DNA from: Escherichia coli
Lineage (GTDB): Bacteria; Pseudomonadota; Gammaproteobacteria; Enterobacterales; Enterobacteriaceae
Assembly (NCBI RefSeq): GCF_965641715.1
Contig: NZ_OZ282453.1
Length of the DNA stretch: 64,000 nucleotides
Strand: one strand, 5' to 3'
A model generated the notes under the pieces. It was given only the letters and a program-made list of their open reading frames with translations, was not told the origin of the DNA and made no database searches. The position numbers and the translations under genes are program-made. Shown here one piece after another: positions 51,753 through 64,000 of this stretch (position 1 is its first letter; every line of letters starts with the position of its first letter).

Positions 51753-51778
51753 AAACGAGCCCTTCGGGGCTCGTTTTT
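51753..51778 (+). terminator. Rho-independent terminator of clpB
   Basis: AACGAGCCCTTCGGGGCTCGTT hairpin plus T-run directly after the clpB stop. Confidence 0.6.
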
Positions 51779-51861
51779 GTCTATAAGTTAGACGGAAAAG
51801 ACTATATTTAAGATGTTTTGCCTGAAAAATGAGCGAACGATAAAGTTTTTATATTTTTCGC

Positions 51862-51889
51862 TTGTCAGGCCGGAATAACTCCCTATAAT
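51862..51889 (+). promoter_or_regulatory. rRNA operon promoter P1
   Basis: TTGTCA, 16-bp spacer, TATAAT, with AT-rich upstream region. Confidence 0.6.
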
Positions 51890-51979
51890 GCGCCACCACT
51901 GACACGGAACAACGGCAAACACGCCGCCGGGTCAGCGGGGTTCTTCTGAGAATCTCAACAGAGAAAAGCAAAAAAATGC

Positions 51980-52008
51980 TTGACTCTGTAGCGGGAAAGC
52001 GTATTATG
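51980..52008 (+). promoter_or_regulatory. rRNA operon promoter P2
   Basis: TTGACT, 17-bp spacer, TATTAT, about 120 bp downstream of P1. Confidence 0.55.
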
Positions 52009-52188
52009 CACACCCCGCGCCGCTGAGAAAAAGCGAAGCGGCACTGCTCTTTAACAATTTATCAGACAATCTGTGTGGGCACTCGAAGATACGGATTCTT
52101 AACGTCGCAAGACGAAAAATGAATACCAAGTCTCAAGAGTGAACACGTAATTCATTACGAAGTTTAATTCTTTGAGCATCAAACTTTT

Positions 52189-53730
<1,542 letters not shown>

Positions 53731-53815
53731 CCTTAAAGAAGCGTACTTTGCAGTGCTCACACAGATTGTCTGATAGAAAGTGAAAAGCAAGGCGTCTTGC
53801 GAAGCAGACTGATAC

Positions 53816-53891
53816 GTCCCCTTCGTCTAGAGGCCCAGGACACCGCCCTTTCACGGCGGTAACAGGGGTTCGAATCCCCTAGGGGACGCCA
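53816..53891 (+). tRNA. gltW: tRNA-Glu (UUC) in the 16S-23S spacer
   Basis: GTCCCCTTCGTCTAGAGGCCCAGGACACCGCCCTTTCACGGCGGTAACAGGGGTTCGAATCCCCTAGGGGACGCCA, 76 nt. Confidence 0.9.
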
Positions 53892-54084
53892 CTTGCTGGT
53901 TTGTGAGTGAAAGTCGCCGACCTTAATATCTCAAAACTCATCTTCGGGTGATGTTTGAGATATTTGCTCTTTAAAAATCTGGATCAAGCTGAAAATTGAA
54001 ACACTGAACAACGAAAGTTGTTCGTGAGTCTCTCAAATTTTCGCAACACGATGATGGATCGCAAGAAACATCTTCGGGTTGTGA

Positions 54085-56988
<2,904 letters not shown>

Positions 56989-57080
56989 ACAACGCCGAAG
57001 CTGTTTTGGCGGATGAGAGAAGATTTTCAGCCTGATACAGATTAAATCAGAACGCAGAAGCGGTCTGATAAAACAGAATT

Positions 57081-57200
57081 TGCCTGGCGGCCGTAGCGCG
57101 GTGGTCCCACCTGACCCCATGCCGAACTCAGAAGTGAAACGCCGTAGCGCCGATGGTAGTGTGGGGTCTCCCCATGCGAGAGTAGGGAACTGCCAGGCAT
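57081..57200 (+). rRNA. rrfG: 5S ribosomal RNA
   Basis: TGCCTGGCGGCCGTAGCGCGGTGG...GGGAACTGCCAGGCAT, 120 nt. Confidence 0.9.
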
Positions 57201-57212
57201 CAAATTAAGCGA

Positions 57213-57240
57213 AAGGCCATCCTGACGGATGGCCTTTTTG
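57213..57240 (+). terminator. rRNA operon terminator
   Basis: AAGGCCATCCTGACGGATGGCCTT hairpin plus T-run after the 5S gene. Confidence 0.6.
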
Positions 57241-57522
57241 CATTGGCGCAGAAAAAAATGCCTGATGCGACGCTGCGCGTCTTATACTCCCACATATGCC
57301 AGATTGAGCAACGGATACGGTTTCCCCAACTTGCCTACTTCCATACGTGTCCTCCTTACCAGATATTTATCCTTAAGCTCCTCAATAACCATTTTCCTGC
57401 TAACTAAATTCATGGTTAAGGTTGCATAATGATACGCAACAAATGTATAACATTTTCTTTACCAAAAGAAATAAACAAAAGCGACCGACAAAAGCATCGG
57501 ATTACGGCAGGAGACTAATGGC

Positions 57523-58821
57523 ATGGCTGAAAGTACTGTAACGGCAGACAGCAAACTGACAAGTAGTGATACTCGTCGCCGCATTTGGGCGATTGTGGGG
57601 GCCTCTTCAGGTAATCTGGTCGAGTGGTTCGATTTCTATGTCTACTCGTTCTGTTCACTCTACTTTGCCCACATCTTCTTCCCTTCCGGGAACACGACGA
57701 CTCAACTACTACAAACAGCAGGTGTTTTTGCTGCGGGATTCCTGATGCGCCCAATAGGCGGTTGGCTATTTGGCCGCATAGCCGATAAACATGGTCGCAA
57801 AAAATCGATGCTGCTATCGGTGTGTATGATGTGTTTCGGCTCACTGGTAATCGCCTGTTTGCCTGGTTATGAAACAATCGGTACGTGGGCTCCGGCATTA
57901 TTGCTTCTCGCGCGTTTATTTCAGGGATTATCCGTTGGCGGAGAATATGGCACCAGCGCCACCTATATGAGTGAAGTTGCCGTTGAAGGGCGCAAAGGTT
58001 TTTACGCATCATTTCAGTATGTGACGTTGATCGGCGGACAACTGCTAGCCCTACTGGTTGTCGTGGTTTTACAACACACCATGGAAGACGCTGCACTCAG
58101 AGAGTGGGGATGGCGTATTCCTTTCGCGTTAGGAGCTGTGTTAGCTGTTGTGGCGTTGTGGTTACGTCGTCAGTTAGATGAAACTTCGCAACAAGAAACG
58201 CGCGCTTTAAAAGAAGCTGGATCTCTGAAAGGATTATGGCGCAATCGCCGTGCATTCATCATGGTTCTCGGTTTTACCGCTGCGGGCTCCCTTTGTTTCT
58301 ATACCTTCACCACTTATATGCAGAAGTATCTGGTAAATACTGCGGGAATGCATGCCAACGTGGCGAGTGGCATTATGACTGCCGCATTGTTTGTATTCAT
58401 GCTTATTCAACCACTCATTGGCGCGCTGTCGGATAAGATTGGTCGCCGTACCTCAATGTTATGTTTCGGTTCGCTGGCAGCCATTTTTACCGTTCCTATT
58501 CTCTCAGCATTGCAAAACGTTTCCTCGCCTTATGCCGCTTTTGGTCTGGTGATGTGTGCCCTGCTGATAGTGAGTTTTTATACATCAATCAGTGGAATAC
58601 TGAAGGCTGAGATGTTCCCGGCACAGGTTCGCGCATTAGGCGTTGGTCTGTCATATGCGGTCGCTAATGCTATATTTGGTGGTTCGGCGGAGTACGTAGC
58701 GTTGTCGCTGAAATCAATAGGAATGGAAACAGCCTTCTTCTGGTATGTGACCTTGATGGCCGTGGTGGCGTTTCTGGTTTCTTTGATGCTACATCGCAAA
58801 GGGAAGGGGATGCGTCTTTAG
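57523..58821 (+). CDS. kgtP: Alpha-ketoglutarate permease (MFS transporter)
   Basis: 432 aa, 12-TM MFS topology with [11 protein letters not shown] motif. Confidence 0.9.
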
Positions 58822-59162
58822 TGACGGGTCAGTTGCCAGACGGTATAGCCGGTGCTTGCACCGGCGACATCCCAGGCCAAATCCTTCCAGCTCCAGCCGC
58901 TCCCTTCGGGGCGGCTATCCCAAAGCTCTTTTGACGCCCCCAAACTGACAGAGAACATCAATCCAAACATGGCACTGCGATCCCGGCTCATCCCCTGATG
59001 CTGTGAATATTCATTTCCGGCGGCGGAAAGCATCGCCGAGGCGATAAAGTGTTGAGCTTTATCCTGCCCGCTCCAGCTATCGTTAGCCATATGGCTGCAT
59101 CCAGAAAGTAACAATAGCGAACAGACAAAAAGAATACGCAAAACGTGGCCTCCAAAAAACAA
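58818..59162 (-). CDS. yfiM: Lipoprotein YfiM
   Basis: Signal peptide with lipobox LLSGCS; true start probably an internal Met. Confidence 0.7.
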
Positions 59163-59186
59163 ACCCCGTACAGGGCGGGGTTGTGA

Positions 59187-60545
59187 TTACAGGATGCGGC
59201 TAATTAATCGGTCGATGCGGATACGGCGCAAACGGCGGATGAGTTTACGAACCTTCACCGGATAATCGGCAATACTTTGCAGATCGCGATAGTGCTTAAC
59301 GATGGTGGTATGCTCGCGGATCAGCTCCAGTTCTTTCTCTCGCTGCGGCGCAAGCTCCAGTTGTGGATCGTGGATCAAAATGGCGTTTTCCAGATCCAGA
59401 CGCCAGGCGCGCGGGTTCAGGTTATTACCGGTGATCAACATCCACTTATCATCAACCCACATCCCTTTTAGGTGATAGGTGTTGTCGTCATCTTTCCATA
59501 ACCGAACCACAAGCTGGTCAGTATTGACGTAATACTGCAAACGGCTCAGGAAACGACGCAGATTGATCTCATAGAGATAAGGCAATGCGCCAATTATCTT
59601 GAAAGGTTCATCTTCCGGAATGTAGAAGTCGTTCGCGGTTTTATCACCAACAATAATTTCGACCTTTTTCCCTTCGCGCAGCAACTGGATAATATTGCGC
59701 ACAAGGATTGCTGGCAGGTTGAAGTATGGCGTACAGATGGTTAGTTTCTGCTCGGCACAAGGCATAAGATGGAAAATGGTCTTGTTCAACAGACTCGATT
59801 TCCCCAGCCCCACTAGCGGCGTTACGGAAAGCTGATCGTTGTCGGCATCGCCCTGGAAATGATAAGCGGCATCACGCAGCTCCTGGCGGAACAGACGAAT
59901 ATCGTTCTTGATTTCCGGGCTTTTTGGCCGATTAACATCATCCAGACGATTAACGCCGCGGCCATTCATAATATTCTGTGTAACCCATTCAAACATAATG
60001 TCTGACATCTTACGGTTACGGATAAGATGATAACGGTCGTAGCGATATTTATCGTGCTGATGCAGGTAAACATCGTTCAGGCTGGCACCGCTATAAAGTA
60101 CGCTATCGTCGATGATAAAGCCTTTAAAGTGCAGAACGCCAAGGGCTTCACGGGTATTGATTGGAACGCCATAAACCGGAACATCTACGCCCGGATTTTC
60201 CTGCGCCATGCGGCAGTACCAGTCAGCGTTAGTGTTAGATGCCGCAGCGCCAATGCGTCCACGTTGTGCACGATGCCAGTCGACCAGCACCCGCACATCC
60301 AGTTCCGGACGCTGCCTTTTAGCTTCATACAACGCGTTCAGAATGCCTTTGCCACCGTCATCCTGTTCGAGATACAGGGCGACAATGCAAATGCGCTGCT
60401 TCGCGCTGGCTATTTTTTCCAGCAGCGTCTCCCGGAAGTCGGCGGGAGCGTAAAAGAAATCGACATCATCAACTGATTGAGAAATCTTGGGTAGTTGGGC
60501 AAGGTGTTGTTGATGTTTATTACGCTTAAATTTTGACAACATCAC
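59187..60545 (-). CDS. pssA: Phosphatidylserine synthase
   Basis: 452 aa with duplicated phospholipase-D-type HKD motifs (HFKGFIID, HLKGMWVD). Confidence 0.9.
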   Translation of the reverse strand: MMLSKFKRNKHQQHLAQLPKISQSVDDVDFFYAPADFRETLLEKIASAKQRICIVALYLEQDDGGKGILNALYEAKRQRPELDVRVLVDWHRAQRGRIGAAASNTNADWYCRMAQENPGVDVPVYGVPINTREALGVLHFKGFIIDDSVLYSGASLNDVYLHQHDKYRYDRYHLIRNRKMSDIMFEWVTQNIMNGRGVNRLDDVNRPKSPEIKNDIRLFRQELRDAAYHFQGDADNDQLSVTPLVGLGKSSLLNKTIFHLMPCAEQKLTICTPYFNLPAILVRNIIQLLREGKKVEIIVGDKTANDFYIPEDEPFKIIGALPYLYEINLRRFLSRLQYYVNTDQLVVRLWKDDDNTYHLKGMWVDDKWMLITGNNLNPRAWRLDLENAILIHDPQLELAPQREKELELIREHTTIVKHYRDLQSIADYPVKVRKLIRRLRRIRIDRLISRIL

Positions 60546-60655
60546 AGTGCATTTCTTCTCTGTTCATTGAAGGGTCCTCTGTGCAATGCAGACGACATAA
60601 GCGGGCAATAATAACACCAGTCCCGATTAAGTGGTCAACATTTCCAGTACCTTAC

Positions 60656-63316
60656 TCATGATTCCTCGCGTTGGGCAAGATTTAGCGTAAGCCCAACGAT
60701 CCCCTCTTCGAGCTGGATATCAACGTTAAACCCGAGCTTGCGGGCCAGCGCCACCATGCCACGATTATTTGGCATCGTAATACCATTCAGACGTTGTAGT
60801 CCGTGATCTCGCGTATAGGTAATCAACTTTTCCATTAAGCGTCGACCTAAGCCTAACCCTTTGAGATCCGAGCGAACCAGCACGGCAAATTCGGCATCGA
60901 TGTTATCAGGGTCGGAGATCGCACGCGTGACGCCGAGGATCTCTTCCGTTTGATCAATACGTCGTACCGCTACAAACGCCATTTCCCGATCGTAGTCGAT
61001 CTGCGTCATGTTGGCTAAATCTTCATGGGTAAATTCGTTGATCTCGCTAAAGTAGCGGTAATAAAGATCTTCTTTGGTGACTCGCGAAATGAATTGCTGA
61101 AGTTGTGGCTCATCTTCTGGCAAAATCGGGCGGAACAAGCAGCGTTCACCGTTTTTCAATTCTACCCATTCTTCCAGCTGATGCGGATAAGGGCGCACTG
61201 CCAGCCGACTCTCGTTATCGCCTTCAAACGGCGCGATATCCAGCGTGACATCCAGCGCGGTAAATTCACTGCCAGAAGCCAGCAAAGGATGAATATCCAG
61301 ACGCTGAATTTCCGGGCAATCGACAATCAAGTTGGAAACCTGCACCAGAAGCTGGCTCAAGCCTGCAACATCCAATGGGCGTAGCGCACTGCGCGCACGA
61401 ATCTTTTTACTTTTGATCCCCTGAATAACCAGATAGCGGGCCAGGTTCATATTCAGCGGCGGCAGTGCGACGACGGCTTGATCTTCAGGACGCCACTCCA
61501 CACCGCCTTCACCCAGCATGATCAACGGCCCAAAAACCGGATCGTGCTCAACCACAACCCGCAACTCCTGAGCGCCAGCACGGTTAGCCATACTTTGCAC
61601 CAACAGGCCGTGGACCCGCGCCTGCGGCCAGGTCATTTTTACGCGATCGAAAATAGCGTTTGCCGCTTGCTGGACTTCATTGGCTGTACGCAGGTACAGC
61701 ATGACGCCCTGAACTTCCGATTTATGTGGAATATCCGGCGAACGCAATTTCAGCGCCACCGGATAACCAATCTGTTCGGCAATATGCACCGCTTCCGTGC
61801 TATCACTGGCAATCCAGGTAGGGAGCGTGTTCATGCCATACGCTTGCATGATGGGCTGAACTTCATGGGTATCGAGCGACGTAGCCCCTTCGGCAATCGC
61901 CTGTTGCAACAGAAGATGCGCTTTTGCGGTATTGGAAGTCAGATTGCTGGGCAACGCCGGCGTTTCGCGTAGTTGCTTCTGATTACGCCGGTACTCCACC
62001 ATATGCATAAAAGCAGTGATGGTTCCTTCCGGGGTACGGTAGGTCGGCAGCCCGGCTTCGCTGAATAAACGTCGTGCCTCTTGCGAGGAGTGCTCGCCGC
62101 ACCAGTTCGTCAGCAGAGAAACATACTTGCTGCGGGGATGATGCTTTACCGCTTCAATTAATGCTTGCGCACTTTCTGTTGCGGGAGCAGCGGCGCTGGG
62201 CGAATGAATAACCATCAGCGCATCAAAATCCTGGCTATGGAGCAGAATGTCCAGCGTTTTGACATAATGCTCGCTGCTGGCGTCATCGCGCAGATCGAGC
62301 GGGTTAGAGATTGCCACATGTCCTGGCAGTGCATCGCGCAGTTTCTGGCAGGTTTCTTCGCTTAGTGTTGCCAGCTTGCCATTGCGTGACCATAAGGCAT
62401 CCAGCGCCAGCGCGGCAGGCGCAGCACCGTTGCTGATAATCATCAACCGGTCGCCACGCAGCGGGCGCATATGGCTAAGGGTTTCTACCGCCGAAAACAG
62501 TTCGTGGGTGTCCTGTACCCGCAACAAACCGGCACGCTGAATAGCCGCATCCCATGCCGGGTCCATTCCTGCCGTCGTGTTGAGCAGTCGCTGTGCCGCC
62601 GGGCTACGTCCGCTTTTAATCACCAGAATCGGTTTATTACGCGAGGCACTACGGGCCGCCGAAACAAAGCGTCGCGCGTCGCTTAACTGTTCGAGATAGA
62701 GCAGGATGGCGCTGGTTTTACTGTCGCGTGCCAGATAGTCAAGCAATTCATCAACGTCGATATCCAGGCTGTCGCCGAGCGCAATAAAGTAGGAAAAGCC
62801 CATCTCACGCTGTTGCGCCCAGTCGAGGATGGTGTTGGAGACGGCAGCCGATTGTGAAATAAACGCCAGCTTGCCGCGTTTAATCGGCACAGGCGAAAAG
62901 CTGGCATTCAGACCTTGCCAGGGAGCCAGTAAACCCAGACTGTTTGGTCCAAGCAGGCGCATGTTATGGCGCAGGGCGCAGGCGCGGAGATCTTCGTGTT
63001 GCGATGCCGGGGCGGAAAGAATAATGCAGGTTTTACAGCCTTTCTCGCCGAGCTCTTCCAGAAGAGCAAGATTACGGCTGGCATTGGTACATAAAACCGC
63101 AAGGTCGGGTGTAAAGGGCAAGCTGGCAATATCCGGCCAGGCCAACACACCCAACACCGCTTTCCAGGCTGGCGTCACCGGGAGTACCGGTCCGTTAAAG
63201 CCTCCCGCCAGCAGGTTACGCATCATCAGGTAACCTGCGCGATTGGGTTTCATCGACGCGCCAATTACCGCTATCGATTTTGGTCGCAGTAGTGCTTCCA
63301 GTCCTCGCTGACTCAT
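60656..63316 (-). CDS. patZ: Protein lysine acetyltransferase PatZ (Pka/YfiQ)
   Basis: 886 aa with N-terminal CoA-binding/acyl-CoA-synthetase-like region and C-terminal GNAT acetyltransferase domain. Confidence 0.9.
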   Translation of the reverse strand: MSQRGLEALLRPKSIAVIGASMKPNRAGYLMMRNLLAGGFNGPVLPVTPAWKAVLGVLAWPDIASLPFTPDLAVLCTNASRNLALLEELGEKGCKTCIILSAPASQHEDLRACALRHNMRLLGPNSLGLLAPWQGLNASFSPVPIKRGKLAFISQSAAVSNTILDWAQQREMGFSYFIALGDSLDIDVDELLDYLARDSKTSAILLYLEQLSDARRFVSAARSASRNKPILVIKSGRSPAAQRLLNTTAGMDPAWDAAIQRAGLLRVQDTHELFSAVETLSHMRPLRGDRLMIISNGAAPAALALDALWSRNGKLATLSEETCQKLRDALPGHVAISNPLDLRDDASSEHYVKTLDILLHSQDFDALMVIHSPSAAAPATESAQALIEAVKHHPRSKYVSLLTNWCGEHSSQEARRLFSEAGLPTYRTPEGTITAFMHMVEYRRNQKQLRETPALPSNLTSNTAKAHLLLQQAIAEGATSLDTHEVQPIMQAYGMNTLPTWIASDSTEAVHIAEQIGYPVALKLRSPDIPHKSEVQGVMLYLRTANEVQQAANAIFDRVKMTWPQARVHGLLVQSMANRAGAQELRVVVEHDPVFGPLIMLGEGGVEWRPEDQAVVALPPLNMNLARYLVIQGIKSKKIRARSALRPLDVAGLSQLLVQVSNLIVDCPEIQRLDIHPLLASGSEFTALDVTLDIAPFEGDNESRLAVRPYPHQLEEWVELKNGERCLFRPILPEDEPQLQQFISRVTKEDLYYRYFSEINEFTHEDLANMTQIDYDREMAFVAVRRIDQTEEILGVTRAISDPDNIDAEFAVLVRSDLKGLGLGRRLMEKLITYTRDHGLQRLNGITMPNNRGMVALARKLGFNVDIQLEEGIVGLTLNLAQREES

Positions 63317-63347
63317 ACCGGTCTCCCGCAGAAGTGACCGAATGATT

Positions 63348-64000
63348 TTAAACGCTTTCTAACTGTTCTGCTGTGATGCTACCCAGATGTTGCGTTTTTC
63401 CTGCCAGATAGCGTGTTTTAAAGCGGGTAAAATGCTCGCCTAACCCTGCTGCCGCCCCGGTATCGCCGGCCATATCTAACAGTGCGATGGCTACCTCGGC
63501 AGTACAATATTGGCCTTCAGCCTGGGCTTCACGCAGGCGATAGGCAGAAAGCCGGGAAAGATCGACGGAAATGACGGGAAGATTATCCAGATACGGACTT
63601 TTACGAAACATCTTGCGAGCTTCCGGCCAGGTACCATCGAGCATGATAAACAGCGGTGGCTTACCGGAAGGCGGGGTGAAGATCACTTCCCGTTGCTCAT
63701 CAGCATACGAGGCGGGAAAGACCACCATTGGCTGATAATCCGGGTTTTGTACCAGATCCAGCAAATCCTGCGAGGGTTCGGTACGCGACCATTGAAACGC
63801 AACGGTATCAGGCAAAATATCAGCAATCAGACGCCCGGTATTACTGGGCTTCATTGGCTCGGTGTCGAACATCAGCAAACAGAAGCGACTTTTTGCTTGT
63901 GCTGGGGTAATTGTCGAACAGAGACATAATTTCTCTGGCAAAAGACAGCGTTGGCAGCGACGAACGCGATTACCGCGGGCAAGAAAAGGACGTGTTGCGC
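63348..64000 (-). CDS. yfiP: DTW-domain tRNA aminocarboxypropyltransferase YfiP (TapT), 5' end beyond the window
   Basis: DTW-domain protein (DGTW motif); the minus-strand frame stays open upstream of the track ORF start to the window end. Confidence 0.75.
   Translation of the reverse strand, partial: ATRPFLARGNRVRRCQRCLLPEKLCLCSTITPAQAKSRFCLLMFDTEPMKPSNTGRLIADILPDTVAFQWSRTEPSQDLLDLVQNPDYQPMVVFPASYADEQREVIFTPPSGKPPLFIMLDGTWPEARKMFRKSPYLDNLPVISVDLSRLSAYRLREAQAEGQYCTAEVAIALLDMAGDTGAAAGLGEHFTRFKTRYLAGKTQHLGSITAEQLESV

Noticed and set aside
57515-58096. 193-aa minus-strand ORF inside kgtP
   Set aside because: Antisense to a conserved MFS transporter gene; Arg/Cys-rich low-complexity product.

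Overview
Enterobacterial (Escherichia coli-like) chromosomal segment in which a ~36 kb P2-like temperate prophage (about 9839..45829) is inserted between pheL-pheA and raiA. The left core is ffh (5' partial), the rpsP-rimM-trmD-rplS operon, yfiB-dgcN-yfiR, yfiL, aroF-tyrA, and pheA with its leader pheL. The right core is raiA, bamD, rluD, yfiH, clpB, a complete rRNA operon (16S, tRNA-Glu, 23S, 5S; rrnG-like), kgtP, yfiM, pssA, patZ and yfiP (partial). The prophage is bounded by 27-bp imperfect direct repeats derived from the raiA terminator. Its backbone is P2-like: integrase, C repressor, Cox-like regulator, early genes, rolling-circle replication protein A, portal and terminase, capsid and lysis genes, baseplate, tail fibre H/G, tail sheath/tube/tape measure, D and Ogr. 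Non-backbone cargo sits at three places. (1) Between gene A and the portal gene: an R1-type ParM/ParR actin-like partition pair, a protein whose C-terminus is a near copy of the ClpX N-terminal zinc-binding domain, and a Phd/Doc toxin-antitoxin pair. (2) Between ogr and attR: a hok/mok-like type I toxin locus, then a Mu Com-like zinc-finger gene overlapping a DPPY DNA methyltransferase, preceded by three clustered GATC sites. (3) A Gin/Cin/Hin-type invertase with a ~3.1 kb invertible tail-fibre segment. I could not identify one clearly novel multi-gene system with certainty; the strongest candidates are the ParMR plus ClpX-domain module and the Com-controlled methyltransferase. All calls rest on reading the sequence and recalled family signatures; no database search was run. 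Coordinates of features not anchored to an ORF may be off by 1-2 bp.
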